A stretch of 63,092 nucleotides of DNA, filler included, from Octopus bimaculoides (taxonomy: Eukaryota), in assembly GCF_001194135.2 (NCBI RefSeq). It is 6 parts of 6 records of this genome, joined end to end, with 100 filler letters (N's around TTAATTAATTAA, not from the genome) between each part and the next. Parts side by side here need not be neighbours in the genome. Positions count along the whole stretch, not along the records: positions 23,425 to 52,111 come from NC_068989.1; 5 more parts are not named here. One strand, given 5' to 3'. Under the pieces are notes generated by a model that was not told the DNA's origin, did not search any database, and saw only the letters and a list, made by a program, of their open reading frames with translations. The position numbers were made by a program, and so were the translations under genes. Shown here in pieces: positions 25,531 to 39,149 of this stretch (within the stretch, counting starts at the first letter, position 1; each line of letters starts with the position of its first letter).

Positions 25531-25824
25531 GTTCAGCCCTGAGATCGTAGTAATCTACTTATACACTAACCCGATATTGCTTGTCTTGTGTCAAAATTTG
25601 AAACCAATATTAAAGCGGCGAGCTGTCAGAATGCTTACCGTGCCGGAAGAAAATGAACTGCTGCATTTCTTCCGACTTAACGTTTTCAGTTTATGTGCCG
25701 GCCGATTTTTCCGTTCTTCCTTTCGGGATCAATAAAACAAGTCCAAGTTGAAGACTAGGGTCGGTGAAATCAACTTGCACTGTCCCCGCCAAATTCCTTA
25801 CATTGTACCCCAAAACTGACATAA

Positions 25825-25871
<47 letters not shown>

Positions 25872-26422
25872 GAGTGAGAGATCAGTGCATGCCATCAAAG
25901 TGACACTGAGGTAAAATATACGAAGCCCATAATAACCATCATGACTACCCGTCTGATAAGGGTATACCTGGCACATGCATCACAACCATATGTGCGCGAC
26001 ATGGTGATCTCATATCAAGATAAACAACGCATGACCTCGCAGGTGGGGCCCAGTTAGAATGTTCTTCAGGTCGAGTAGCCCATCCCACTCAAAAGGTCCG
26101 TGAATAAGGTCTGTCTAAGGATGTTTGTCAAAACACCCATGTTTCCAAAGGTGAATTATTCAAACCCCAAGGAATTCCTCTCAACACATGGCTATGATGC
26201 TCCCCCACTACTTCTGCTCATGATCAGAGATGCTCATACCGTCAGCTACGAAAGGACATGCTCAACTGGTTAAGGTCAAACAGCTGACAAGCAAATCTGT
26301 GGTATTGAGCAGAATATTTGCTGTGGCCCATCTTTTATACCAAGACAAAACAATGTACATGATAACATTTCCAATCAAGATCAGAAGCCATCAGAGTCAC
26401 TGCCTGGTACTGCATCCGGGCA
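25872..26422. mobile_element. unclassified ~550-bp non-coding element flanked on both sides by (TAT)n
   Basis: (TAT)n at 25828-25871 and 26423-26470; a diverged second copy lies at 26734-27131; no tRNA head or ORF recognised. Confidence 0.75.
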
Positions 26423-26470
<48 letters not shown>

Positions 26471-26597
26471 AACTACTATCTTTCCAATAATTTCATACAC
26501 CTCTGTTTCCGAGGTGCATGCAGCATTTCGGTTTGGAAATGCAAGCATCTATGCAAGCTGTTTTTGTGTGAGTGCAATACAGTTTGTTGCATTCAGA

Positions 26598-26734
26598 TCT
26601 TCTTCTTCTTCTTCTTCTTCTTCTTCTTCTTCTTCTTCTTCTTCTTCTTCTTCTTCTTCTTCTTCTTCTTCTTCTTCTTCTTCTTCTTCTTCTTCTTCTT
26701 CTTCTTCTTCTTCTTCTTCTTCTTCTTCTTCTTC
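26598..26734. repeat. long perfect (TTC)n
   Basis: Directly visible; source of the poly-E/K/S/F/L ORFs. Confidence 0.97.
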
Positions 26735-27131
26735 ACAACCATATGTGCGCGACATGGTGAACTCATGTCAGCATGCAAAGAACATGATCTTTGCAGATGG
26801 GGCCCAGTTAGAATCGAGTAGCCTGCCTGGCTCAAAAGCTCCATGAATTATTTAAGGAGTGAAGTTTCCAGGAGTGAATTATTCAAATCCCCCGGAAATT
26901 CCTCTCAGCACATGCCCATGACGCTCCCCCACTACGCTTGCTCCTGATCATCAGCCACTGATGGACATACTCAGCTGGTTAACGTCAAGCAACTAACAAG
27001 CAAATCTGTCGTATGGAGTAGAGTATTTGCTGTAGCCCATTTTTACACTAAGACAAAACATGTACATGATAACACTTCAAATCAGTTAAAATCCCAAGCC
27101 ATGAAGGCCACTGCCTGGTATTGCGTCAGGC
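26734..27131. mobile_element. second, truncated and diverged copy of the 25872-26422 element
   Basis: Shares CACAACCATATGTGCGCGACATGGTGA, GGGGCCCAGTTAGAAT, GTGAATTATTCAAA, AAGCAAATCTGT, AAGACAAAAC, TGTACATGATAACA and CACTGCCTGGTA. Confidence 0.8.
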
Positions 27132-27134
27132 TGG

Positions 27135-27340
27135 GTTGGCAGAATCTTTAGCTAGTCTGGCAAAATGCTTAGCCGGTATTTCATCCGTCTTTACGTTCTG
27201 AGTTGCAGTTCCACCGAAGTCGTCTTTGCCTTGCATCATTTCGAGGTCGATAAATTAATTACTAGTTGAGTACTCGGGTCAATGTAATCGACTAGTCCCT
27301 TCCCACTAAATTTCAGGCCTTGTGCCTATAGTAGAAAGGA
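27135..27340 (+). mobile_element. SINE family B (tRNA-derived). Other copies near 15410-15540, 18483-18665, 23855-24030, 25612-25812, 33570-33960, 44690-44810, 56385-56530 (+) and 38775-38995 (-)
   Basis: TGGCAGAATC...AAATGCTTAGC.GGTATTTC...TTTACGTTCTGAGTT...TTTGCCTT.CATC.TTTCG.GGTCGATAAATTAA. Confidence 0.85.
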
Positions 27341-27529
27341 TTGTCTATACATACACATGTATGTATGTACGTACGTATGTATGTATGTATGTATGTATGT
27401 ATGTATGTATGTATGTATGTATGTATGTATGTATCTATCTATCTATCTATATGTATACATACATATAAAATACGTATGCATATGTTAAATGAGAAAGGAT
27501 CCAGGAATCTAAGTACATATATGTGAGCG

Positions 27530-27597
<68 letters not shown>

Positions 27598-27634
27598 TCT
27601 GTGTGTGTGTATGTGTTTTTATTCCTTCTATCTG

Positions 27635-27745
27635 GAAAATTTTAGTTCTTGTAGTTGGTAGGAATGCATGTAAAATTCTAGTTCTTGTAGTTGGTAGGAA
27701 TACATGTAAAATTTTATTTCTTGTACTTGGTAGGAATACGTGTAA
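27635..27745. repeat. three-copy ~36-bp tandem repeat
   Basis: AAAATT.TAGTTCTTGTAGTTGGTAGGAAT.CATGT repeated three times. Confidence 0.9.
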
Positions 27746-28723
27746 GAGATCCATAAATATTGCAGTCACTCATTTCATTAGTTTTTGGTGAGAGAATTGT
27801 TTTCTCCTCTGAGTTGTAAATCATTATGACCAAGACAGGTAGATGCTTTATCCAAACATTTTTGGCTTTTACCGATTCCAGTTGATATCTACTTGTTTTT
27901 CATCCCGTATATTTTATTATATGTTCTACTGCAATATTTATCCAACTACTGTAATAGATCTAGGGTCAGCTTGTATATTATTTAAACAAAGTTTTTCATT
28001 TGCAATATAGATATTTTCTATTTTCATTTTCTTCTTCCGAAACGCGTATGTATTTTTTGTGTGATATTCTCAACTATTTTATATTTTGTTTCGTTTAATT
28101 CTCTGAAAAACTTTAGGTTATATTCTCTGGCAATTTTATTGATATAACTTGGTTCTTCCCTCGGACATATGTAACCTTAAATATTCGGCTTCCAGTTAAA
28201 GCAATTGGCTTTATATACATATATATGTATATAATACATATATGTGTGCGTGTGTGAGCTTATATATATATATATAAGATCGNNNNNNNNNNNNNNNNNN
28301 NNNNNNNNNNNNNNNNNNNNNNNNNNNNNNNNNNNNNNNNNNNNNNNNNNNNNNNNNNNNNNNNNNNNNNNNNNNNNNNNNNNNNNNNNNNNNNNNNNNN
28401 NNNNNNNNNNNNNNNNNNNNNNNNNNNNNNNNNNNNNNNNNNNNNNNNNNNNNNNNNNNNNNNNNNNNNNNNNNNNNNNNNNNNNNNNNNNNNNNNNNNN
28501 NNNNNNNNNNNNNNNNNNNNNNNNNNNNNNNNNNNNNNNNNNNNNNNNNNNNNNNNNNNNNNNNNNNNNNNNNNNNNNNNNNNNNNNNNNNNNNNNNNNN
28601 NNNNNNNNNNNNNNNNNNNNNNNNNNNNNNNNNNNNNNNNNNNNNNNNNNNNNNNNNNNNNNNNNNNNNNNNNNNNNNNNNNNNNNNNNNNNNNNNNNNN
28701 NNNNNNNNNNNNNNNNNNNNNNN

Positions 28724-28758
<35 letters not shown>

Positions 28759-28882
28759 ATACATACATATATGTGTATATACACACACATATGTGTATGT
28801 ATATACATACATCTATCTATCTATCTATCTATATATCTATCTATCTATCTATCAGATCTCTGTCTGTCTGTCTGTTTCTGTC

Positions 28883-28976
<94 letters not shown>

Positions 28977-29792
28977 TGTACAGTTAACTATATATGTGTA
29001 CATACTTAAAGAAAGAGTTTTTAAATTTTATCAGCTATTTATAATGAAATATTAAAATGAAGAATAAAATTTCACAAACTTTTGAGAAAAGTTTTCGTTA
29101 AAAATGTCACAAACCGCTGGGAAACGGATCTGTGAGATCCTGTTTTGTTTTTTAGGGTATTTTCTTTAAGTTGTCAACAACTTCAAAAAATCGTTCTTTA
29201 GAATAACAGCATCAAATATTGTTTGCAAAAACTTTAAAATGTAGATAATATACCCCACCCCCACCACCTCCTCCTCCTCCTCCTCGTCGTCGTCGTCGTC
29301 GTCATCATCATCATCCTCATCATTAGATGCCTACTTTCCATGCGGTAATGTGTGAGTCAGTTTGATAGGGAGCTAGTAAAAAGCAAGATTGCGTCGAGTT
29401 CCAATGTCATATTTGCTATTGTTCCTAATGCCTTTCCTAATGCCAACCACTTTTTTTCTCTTACTTGATATATATTGTTTGTTGCGTGGTTTGGTTAATT
29501 ATTGTTGTTATTTACCAACAGATCATGTCTGATGACGAAGAACTATAACAATAGCATTCGAATATGTATCAGGACCTATGTTATCTAATCTGCACTTCTT
29601 ATTATAAAACGGTATGATGCAATTTCAGAGTTATTCGGTTGCTGTCTCCAGTAGGTAGAGCGACTGCAAAGAGCGTACCTTGTTTGTATGTTTATGATAG
29701 TGTAATGTAATGTGGCGTATCCTCTGTTCTATAGCAACATGCAACACTTTTTACCATCGTGTGATGTTGCGTTCTTCGTTGTATTTTATCGT

Positions 29793-30180
29793 GGAGTGGA
29801 GGCACAATGGCCCAGTGGTTTGAGCAGCGGACTCGCGGTCATTGGATCGCGGTTTCGATTCCCAAACCGGGCGTTGTGAGCGTTTATTGAGCGAAAACAC
29901 CTAAAGGTCCACGAGGCCCCGGCAGGGGATGGTGGTGAACCCTGCTGTACTCTTTCACCACAACTTTCTGTCACTCTTACTTCCTGTTTCTGTTGTGCCT
30001 ATAATTCAAAGGGTCAGCCTTGTTACACTGTGTCACGCTGAATATCCCCGAGAACTACGTTAAAGGTACACGTGTCAATGAAGTGCTCAGCCACTTGCAC
30101 GTTAATTTCACGAGCAGGCTGTTCCGTTGATCGGATGAACTGGAACCCTCGACGTCATAAGCGACGGAGTGCCAACAACA
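29793..30180 (+). mobile_element. full-length tRNA-derived SINE, family C
   Basis: Head GGAGGCACAATGGCCCAGTGGTTTGAGCAGCGGACTCGCGG...GGTTTCGATTCCC (A and B boxes); ends GCGACGGAGTGCCAACAACAA. Confidence 0.92.
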
Positions 30181-30667
30181 ATCTATATCGTGGAACAATT
30201 TGTACTACGGTTTTATGTGCTTCCTGGTACTTTTGTAAAGCAGAATATTTTGCGCTGCATGGTCATGTTGCGTGCCTGGTTGTGTTCTTTTCGAACGTGA
30301 AATGTCTTTGCTAAATTTTTGTTGCATTTATTCCTTTCTCTTATATATTTTTCTTTCTACATTATTCGATTGTTAATTTAAAATAGCGCTTGATCTTTTT
30401 TCTTCAATAGTGCTTTTGATTTGTCGACTAAAATTGGGATTGAATTCCTCACCAAATTTACTAAGTCAATTTTCCGTCTCGTTATATCTCGTCGACATGT
30501 TGGTCCCCCGTTGATTTTTCGATTCAAATAGATCTTGGAAGCGGCGTTGTCATAAAACCGTGTATAATAAAATATCTCGAAAATTTATATTGGTTTAATT
30601 AATTATGTCTAGTCCCCTGGAAATTTTCGGAATTTTTCAAATTAACTTTTCTTTATTTCTCTCATAG

Positions 30668-30693
30668 ACATCGTGATAGTTGCGATTGGACAG
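30668..30693 (+). CDS. possible 26-nt microexon (xIVIVAIGQ)
   Basis: Long pyrimidine tract plus TAG acceptor, CAG|GTATTA donor; peptide resembles a Rossmann-fold beta-strand such as DIVIVAxGQ. Confidence 0.25.
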
Positions 30694-31543
30694 GTATTAA
30701 ATAAACAGGACAATCGTAATAAAACTCTACCCCGGGGTGGTGATAACGTAAATCATAATATTTCAAAGATTAATTTCGATTAAATGAAAATTGCCAAATA
30801 ACTTAGTTTTCCTTCGTGTAATCTGTTTCATTTTGTATTATATAAATTCTTCGTGTATTTCTGTTTGACACCATATTTATAGTAACGAAAAATATTTTCG
30901 TTTCAATCACCATTTTTCTCTCATTTTTCGTTACCTTAATTTATCATCTGTTTTCATTCCTATTGGCTTCCATATTTCCTCTTCCTCTTCCTCCTTCTCG
31001 CCCTTCACCTTCTACTCCATCACATCTTACTTTATAAACTATAACCATACATTCCTGTTAAGGTGAATTGTCTATACAAAATGACTGCTATGCCTATAAA
31101 AGCTGTCTTGTAGTAGCATATATATATATATATAAATATAACGGCTGAATATTTGCTGCTGAAATTACAATTATAATGGTGACATTTCTGATATTAATAC
31201 CGAATTCCTCTTTTTATATGTCTTTTTATCTTGATAATTTGTCAACTTATTTCCAGTTATTGTTTTGATAAAAAGCGATTGATATATTGAAGATGACACG
31301 TTTGTTCTCAATTAACATTTACCAACAATTACTGGTCCATTTGCTCTGATGTCTGTATAAATTTGCACATGTATATACTAGACCAGCTATGATAAACTCT
31401 TTTCTAGAAGCGAGCCACATGAGACATGGCGCATCATCAGCCAAGTCATACTACTACAAGATTCAAGGTTTAGTACGGTAGCGTGTTCCCATTTTCCAAG
31501 GAATATAAATCAGTCTACCCATTCGTCATATTTTGGATTAACC

Positions 31544-31895
31544 TAATGGTTCTCAACTGTTTTATTGCATATGAACTCCTTTCATTACAGTTTTATTCTG
31601 GTGGAACCCGCACAGTCATTTCATATTTTAAAACTATAGGTACTTAGTCTTATTGGTACTTCTTGCAAAATTCCTACTTTGATTTTTATAAACTAACTTG
31701 TGTAATCTGAACTATGTAAAATGCCAGAGAAAGAAACCTAGCTGTTTCTTGCAGTAAATACATCTAAAGTCACATTTTTTAATGGACACTTAATATAGTA
31801 ATGTGGATCTCCAATTTACTATTTTATTTGCGTGAAGCCCGCAAAATCTTGTATGGGCCCTCAGGGCTCATACGCATCCTGGTTGAGAATCACCG
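31544..31895. mobile_element. possible old hAT/Charlie-type MITE
   Basis: Ends TAATGGTTCTCAAC and GGTTGAGAATCACCG resemble the CAGTGGTTCTCAACC TIR; no TSD seen. Confidence 0.4.
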
Positions 31896-34275
31896 AGAGC
31901 CATCGTAGACCATTTTCATTTGGTATTTATCATTTATTATTCACTACCTAATCATTAACCGCTACTTCTCAGGTAACTTTTCATGCATTTCTTTCGTGCA
32001 CTTATTTGTGCATAAGTTCCAGTCTTGTGCAACAAAGAAGATTGTTGCTGATATAGTGTATGATTATGAAGTAGCTTTCGCAACTGTGTTGATTCTAGTT
32101 TGATCTCAGCAAATGTAAGCTTGGTCAGTTTCTTCTACGTCTCTTGAAACAGGGCCTTGAAAATGTGGCGACAGATACTATGCTCGTATATGTAGCTCAT
32201 TACAATTTACTTTGGTTAGCCTTCAAGTCCCGGAGCGGGTGGTACGTTATGTTCTTGAGAAAGACACTTCATCTCACTTTGTTTTCCAATTACTTTTACA
32301 CCTGATATGTGGTACTCTGTCCACCTGATAAGGTAATGTCGATTTGATGGAGGGAATGAGCCAATGTACAACACATACATTCGATAACTATTACATATCA
32401 TTTGTGCAGATGTTTCAGCAAATTTCCAGAACAGTCTTTCTCTGACTTCCAATAACATTCAGCATCACAATTCTTGGCTATCTTCCATATTTATTACATT
32501 TCACTGTTTCTGCCATTATATTTTCTATTTCGACGAGTTTCCTCAACAACAATCTTACAGCGTACTCAGTATCCATTTATATTTCCATTTTACTTGCTTT
32601 CTTTTTAATACTCGGTGGTTTCTTCCCTAACAACTGTATTATTTCAAGATACATTCTTTCATGATTTTCATATAATTTGAAACGTTCTGAGATAGTTTTG
32701 TATGAATCTTCCTCTTATTTCTGTGGCTTTCTCTTTTCCGATGAGTTTTATTTGTTCCTTATTTAAATATATGATCTTTCATTGTCTCTTTTGACCCGAA
32801 TGGAAATGTGTTTTCTCTTTGTATCCGTCCTTTTATGATTTTGTTGTTCTTATATTTAGCACGGCAGAAAAGCAGACTCCCGTCGCCGCCACCACCACCA
32901 CTGGTGAGACTCGGCTTTTCTAGACGATCGCCGATCTAAATACATAATATATTTTTGTTTCCCTGCTTACTAAATCAAAATCTCACTGACCTTAATGTTG
33001 CCTTTCCGTTCTTAGAGATCGATACGTTAAATACCATACATATTTGGCTATTGATTTAATTGACTATGTATTTCCTCTACTAAATCTATGGCCGAATGCC
33101 AATGTAGCGATTCGTTATTTATTTTCCGACTGAGTGGAAATCCGAGTCAGCAATAACCCTAAATCTAACTCTCACCTGGATAGTACCAGATAAACCGCCT
33201 TTTGATATTTTAAATTTTGTTCCCTTTCTTTTTTTGTTCAGATAACGCCTGAGCCGAGTTAACCTTCCTTTCTTCAGAAGATCGATAAAATATGTGCCAG
33301 TTGTACGTCTGAAGAATATGTGTCACCTAGTGATCAGGGTGTTGTGCTCAGTTCGTGAAGACGCGAGCTTGATGTTTCGGTCAGACAACGTTGTGTGTTC
33401 TTTAGCAAGCTATTTCCTTTTAAGTTTAAATACTGGGATCGATGTAATATACTAGTCCCCTCCCCACAAATTTTAGGCCGTGTGCCTATAGAAGAAATAT
33501 TAAAAACGAAGGGAATTATCAATACTGTCTGAGGGCGGTTGATTGGCACATCATCATTTGAGTGTCAAAGAAAATGCTTTGCGATATTTGTTCTGGCCCT
33601 TTACTTTCTGCGTTCAAATCCCGCGAGTCTCAATTTAGCTTGCTATCTCTTTGAGATTGCTAAAGATTAACACTGGTCAAGTAATGTAATCGATGCTATC
33701 GACGAATACTCTTTCCTCAAAACTGCTCACCATGTGCTTAAATTAGAAGCAATGATAAATACAATCGAGTGCCGATCAATTGGCTGACACATGAGTGTCG
33801 AAAAAAACTAATTGCTTCTCCCGCAACATTTCGAGTTCAAATCCTACCGAAATCAATTTTTTGATCCTTGTAATTTCTTGGTAGACAAGAATAAAGTAAT
33901 AATCAAATATTGTAGTTAAAGTAATCAACTAAACTTCTTCCTTCGAAGTTACTGTCCTGAAGCCTAAATTCGGAATAGTTGCTAGTGCTGTCTTCTACCC
34001 GTAAAATACGTCTTGAATTCTCTAGAGGTTAATGAAATTCATTCCCTTTAAGTGTTTTTTAAATTGAATTTCAGCCAGTAGCTTAAAATCAACATGAAGA
34101 AGACTTTGCAGAGGAAAGGTTAATAAAATATAATGAATAAAATAGGTTAATTTATTTTATTTTACAGAATTATCTTTTCAGACACATGAATTACGTATAA
34201 AGAAAGAGTGAAAGAGAGGAGTAGAAACAGAGAGTGAGAGAAAGAGAGAGAAAGAGGGAGTGAGAGTGACAGAGG

Positions 34276-34311
<36 letters not shown>

Positions 34312-34494
34312 AAGAGGGAGTGAGAGTGAGAGAGGGAGAGAGAAGGGGAACAAAAAAAAACACGCAAAAACACAAAACAAAACGGCAAAGCAAAATAAAA
34401 AACAAATCTCTCGATCAATAACTATATAGATCGATATCTTATCAGTCGATATTTGAAGATGATAGAAATCGTACCGCAGTAATTAGTACGGCCA

Positions 34495-34625
34495 TCAATC
34501 ATCATCATCATCATCATCATTATCATCATCGTCGTGGTCGTGGTCGTGGTCGTCGTTGTCGTCATCATTATCATCATCATCATCATCATCGACATCATCA
34601 TCATCATAAGTATGAGCATCACAAG

Positions 34626-34664
<39 letters not shown>

Positions 34665-35217
34665 AATCAGTTTGATTATCACTATCACTATCATCATGAA
34701 CATCATTATCATCATCATCATCATCACTATCATCATGAGCATCGTCATCATCATCATCATCATCATCTGTAGGAGGGACAGTAGTAGCATCAGCAGTATT
34801 ATCTAGTTGTGCTGCTAGCTCTAATTCTCGACAGCATTATAACCATTTACGTTTAGCAGTCAAAGACAAGTTTAATAACAGGAATAGTCGAAGCAACATA
34901 AACAGATAGATATAACAGGATCATACCATGGAAACCGTCAGCAACAAAACAAAAAGAAAAGACAAAAGTCACAATAACAACATTAGAAGTAAGATGAAAT
35001 GGATTCGCGCAGAAGGTCTCCTTAGTAATACTTTCGACAGCAACAGCATTAATATCAGCATTACCACCATCAGCATCACCACCACCACTACCACCACCAC
35101 CATCACCAACACCAACAACAAAAACAACAACAACATCACAGCCAGCACCGTAGCCGCCGCCACCACCACCACCACCATCTGGACTATTACTATCCTTAAC
35201 ACTGCCACCATTGCGAC
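34495..35217. repeat. (CAT)n and (CAC/CAA)n compound microsatellites
   Basis: Directly visible. Confidence 0.95.
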
Positions 35218-35937
35218 NNNNNNNNNNNNNNNNNNNNNNNNNNNNNNNNNNNNNNNNNNNNNNNNNNNNNNNNNNNNNNNNNNNNNNNNNNNNNNNNNNN
35301 NNNNNNNNNNNNNNNNNNNNNNNNNNNNNNNNNNNNNNNNNNNNNNNNNNNNNNNNNNNNNNNNNNNNNNNNNNNNNNNNNNNNNNNNNNNNNNNNNNNN
35401 NNNNNNNNNNNNNNNNNNNNNNNNNNNNNNNNNNNNNNNNNNNNNNNNNNNNNNNNNNNNNNNNNNNNNNNNNNNNNNNNNNNNNNNNNNNNNNNNNNNN
35501 NNNNNNNNNNNNNNNNNNNNNNNNNNNNNNNNNNNNNNNNNNNNNNNNNNNNNNNNNNNNNNNNNNNNNNNNNNNNNNNNNNNNNNNNNNNNNNNNNNNN
35601 NNNNNNNNNNNNNNNNNNNNNNNNNNNNNNNNNNNNNNNNNNNNNNNNNNNNNNNNNNNNNNNNNNNNNNNNNNNNNNNNNNNNNNNNNNNNNNNNNNNN
35701 NNNNNNNNNNNNNNNNNNNNNNNNNNNNNNNNNNNNNNNNNNNNNNNNNNNNNNNNNNNNNNNNNNNNNNNNNNNNNNNNNNNNNNNNNNNNNNNNNNNN
35801 NNNNNNNNNNNNNNNNNNNNNNNNNNNNNNNNNNNNNNNNNNNNNNNNNNNNNNNNNNNNNNNNNNNNNNNNNNNNNNNNNNNNNNNNNNNNNNNNNNNN
35901 NNNNNNNNNNNNNNNNNNNNNNNNNNNNNNNNNNNNN

Positions 35938-36300
35938 GATGTATCAATACCAGCAGATGACAACGTTTCCCTTAAAGAAATGGAAAAACTCTCAAAATAC
36001 AAAGACCTGGAAATAGAGGTAACTCGAATGTGGAATCTAAAAACAGAAACAATTCCTATCATAGTAGGTGCCGTAGGTATAATAAAAAAATATTCAGACA
36101 AATACATAACAAAAACACCAGGAATTACAAATATATATAACATACAGACAATTGCACCACTGGGCACTGCACACATCCTACGCAAAACACTTTCAATACA
36201 GTAACCATAAGAACACCACAGCAAACCACAGCACATACCCAATGCGCACAGAACTGCGCTCGGTAGTGAAGTAAAAGCACGTTATAAAAATAAAACTACT
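35938..36300 (+). mobile_element. R4/Dong-like RLE LINE 3' end with (AAC)n(AAT)n tail
   Basis: IPADDNVSLKEMEKLSKYKDLEIEVTRMWNLKTETIPIIVGAVG...LGTAHILRKTLSIQ*. Confidence 0.92.
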
Positions 36301-36301
36301 G

Positions 36302-36384
<83 letters not shown>

Positions 36385-36399
36385 CAACAACAAAAACCA

Positions 36400-37490
36400 T
36401 AATAATAATGAATTCATAAAGATTAGTAAGAAATTTAAAAAGTCTGTTGACCTACAAATTAACAATAAGAATGACCAAAGACACCCAACTAGTGACAGAT
36501 CTACCATTGCTTCTCCCGAATTAGAAATTAACAATCAGAAAGACCAACGGGATCCAAATAGTGACAAACCTATAATTGATGCAAAACACATCAAACAAAA
36601 AGCAAAGAATGCTTGCATGAATAATATCGAAGACAACTGGAAAGGCAAACTCCTGCATAGAAAATACCCCAACCACCTGTCCAAGCCAGATATTCATCAA
36701 GACCTAACATACCAATGGCTACAAGGGACAGGTCTGAAAGGGGAAACGGAAGGTTTTGTAATTGCAGTGCAATATCAGAACTTACCTACCAGAAATTACT
36801 ACGCAAACATCCTTAGATATGGATCGGACCACTAGAGCAACATTTGCGGAAAATTCACAGCGACAATTGATCATGTTGTTTCTGGCTGTCCAGTCCTCGC
36901 TGAAAAGTAGTACCTCATGAGACATGACAGACTAGGGCAGTGCATCCACTGGGATGCTTGTAAATACTACAAAAATAATCCCATGATAAGTGGTACAGGC
37001 ACCATCCAGAGGATGTAGTGAATGGCGAGGGTGTCACCACCCTTTGGAACTTTCCAATACAAACAGACAAAAAAAATTGACTCCAGTCGACCAGACATTG
37101 TGATCAAGGACTACAAGAGAGGAATTTGTCTGTTAATTGATATGTCAGTCCAACAAGATCAAAATGTCTCAAGGAGAGAATACAAAAAGCTCTCTCACTA
37201 AAAAGATCTTCAAATTGAAATCATAAAAATGTGGAAGCTTAGTACTACGATAACACCAGTATTAATTGGTGCGTTGGGAATGATAAAGGAGGGGGCTGAG
37301 AAGTATATTAAGCAACTCTCTGGTAACTCCAATCTCCGTGAACTACAAAAGAGTGCGGAAAGCACTCTCCATCTAAAATAGAATAAATGTGGTGATGAGT
37401 TTAGCATACATAGCAAAACAAAAGTGCCCTTGCTACTCTTCGCCCGGTACTAAAGTGGATGAAATAAAGCTATAATGAACAGATCCCATC
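36400..37490 (+). mobile_element. R4/Dong-like LINE: zinc knuckle plus restriction-like endonuclease, in (AAT)n context
   Basis: WKGKLLH..YP...WLQGTGLKGETEGFVIAVQYQNLPTRNY...CGKFTATIDHVVSGCPVL...RHD...RPDIVIKD...LIDMSV..D...KKL...VLIGALG. Confidence 0.93.
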
Positions 37491-37560
<70 letters not shown>

Positions 37561-37949
37561 CTTCTGTATTGAGTACAGCTAGAATTTTAAGATTGTTACT
37601 CGGGTGTCAAAACATCTTCCTCGACACTTGACGCTAAAGTACCAAGTCTTATAATTTGTGGAATGAGAACCTGTGAGACCTCTGGCAGTAGGTTGCTGTC
37701 CTATCTTACAGAATTAACCAGAGCAAGTTAGGTCGAGAGTTCCGTGAAGTAAAATATAATAAGTAAGCATGGCCGATTAAATATGAGAATGCTTTTGGTT
37801 ATCATCCCAGTGTGTTGCATCAAAATAACAGGTGTCATGACACGAACTAGAGGCTGTGATACAGAATAAGTATTACAGAAACTTATAGTACTCCTCCATA
37901 TAGACTGACCATATTTGATTATAGAAGAGAAAACTAACACTGTAAGATA

Positions 37950-38263
37950 ATAAACATTGCAATTGCCTATGATAAAGGAGTTGGTAGCAAAGAAAATTTA
38001 AGAAATTGAAAAACATCAGAATCTAGACAGAGACCTTAAAAGGTTGTGTATTACTAAGACGACAATTATTTCTGGAGTGGTTCGTATACGTGACGCAGCA
38101 GCCAAAATGCTACCTAACAGACTGAAAGATATTGGAATTCATATTCGCATTGTCGTCCAGCAAGAAAATGCCCTCCTGTATTCTCCATGAAATTTGAGAT
38201 TTATCAACACATCTCGAGATAACAGTGCTTCTAATTAAATTAGCATATAAAACCTTTATAATG

Positions 38264-38310
<47 letters not shown>
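37950..38310 (+). mobile_element. old RLE LINE 3' fragment ending in (AAT)n
   Basis: IAIAYDKGVGSKE...KHQNLDRDLKRL...KDIGIHIRIVVQQENALL. Confidence 0.6.
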
Positions 38311-38315
<5 letters not shown>

Positions 38316-38329
38316 TGATTTTATTTATT

Positions 38330-38700
38330 TGCAATAAGGGCGAAGGATGAGAGGTACAATAGAGACAGACATAAAGTGTTGGGGGTTTACATATAATAAG
38401 GAAAGGAAAAAGTAAAGGTAAGTATACACGGTATACACTGGAAAATGAGGGACATATGCATAGCGTACAAAGGTAAAAAAAATGGGGAGGAGGATGATAG
38501 AGATGTGGCCCTCCTGATGCAGGAATGCCTCTTGGGATAATGGAGGAACGCTACTGTCCGAGATTTCCCTGTAACACAAGGAGCAAGTGCCCTCTCCTAT
38601 TCCTTCTCTCGACTCACAGATCTACACTTAGCGAGATACCATCCGCTCTTGCCATTTTCGCACTTTCATCTATCTTTCACTAAATTCACTCGAGGACAAT
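38330..38700 (-). mobile_element. Tx1/L1-like LINE extreme 3' end and UTR
   Basis: VLSSSEFSER*MKV/AKMARADGISLSVDL*, parallel to VLSPSIYVTRWVNVAGMVRVNKLTLSIHL at ~25260-25350. Confidence 0.6.
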
Positions 38701-39149
38701 ACCACCACAACTACTACTACTACTACTACTATTACTACTACTACTACTAATAATAATAATAAAATTAAAATAATAATAATACTTTCTACTCTAAGCACAA
38801 AGCCTGAAATTTTGAGGATGGGGATATTCTATTACATCGACTCCAGTACTCAACTGGTACTTATTTTATCCACCTCGAAAGGATGAAAAGCAAAGTCGAC
38901 CCCGGCGGAATTTGAATTCAGAACGCAAGTACGGACTAAATGCTATTAATCATTTTACTCGGCGCGCTAACGATTCTGCCAGCTCGTAGCCTTGATAATA
39001 ATAATAGTCAAAATAATTCGAAAAGCGAACATGTTTTACTAGTAGAATAAATTGTCAGACAATTCAGCTAAATGGACCTTCTTCAATTCATGAAATTGAA
39101 GAATCTCGGAGTATGGAGTACAGAAAAATCCTATAATGAGAATTTACAA

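Noticed and set aside
26514-26846. Poly-S/E/K/F/L ORFs
   Set aside because: Translations of the (TTC)n microsatellite.
32867-32923. AGAAAAGC...GCTTTTCT hairpin as a pre-miRNA
   Set aside because: Only 8 contiguous base pairs; the inner stem is heavily mismatched.
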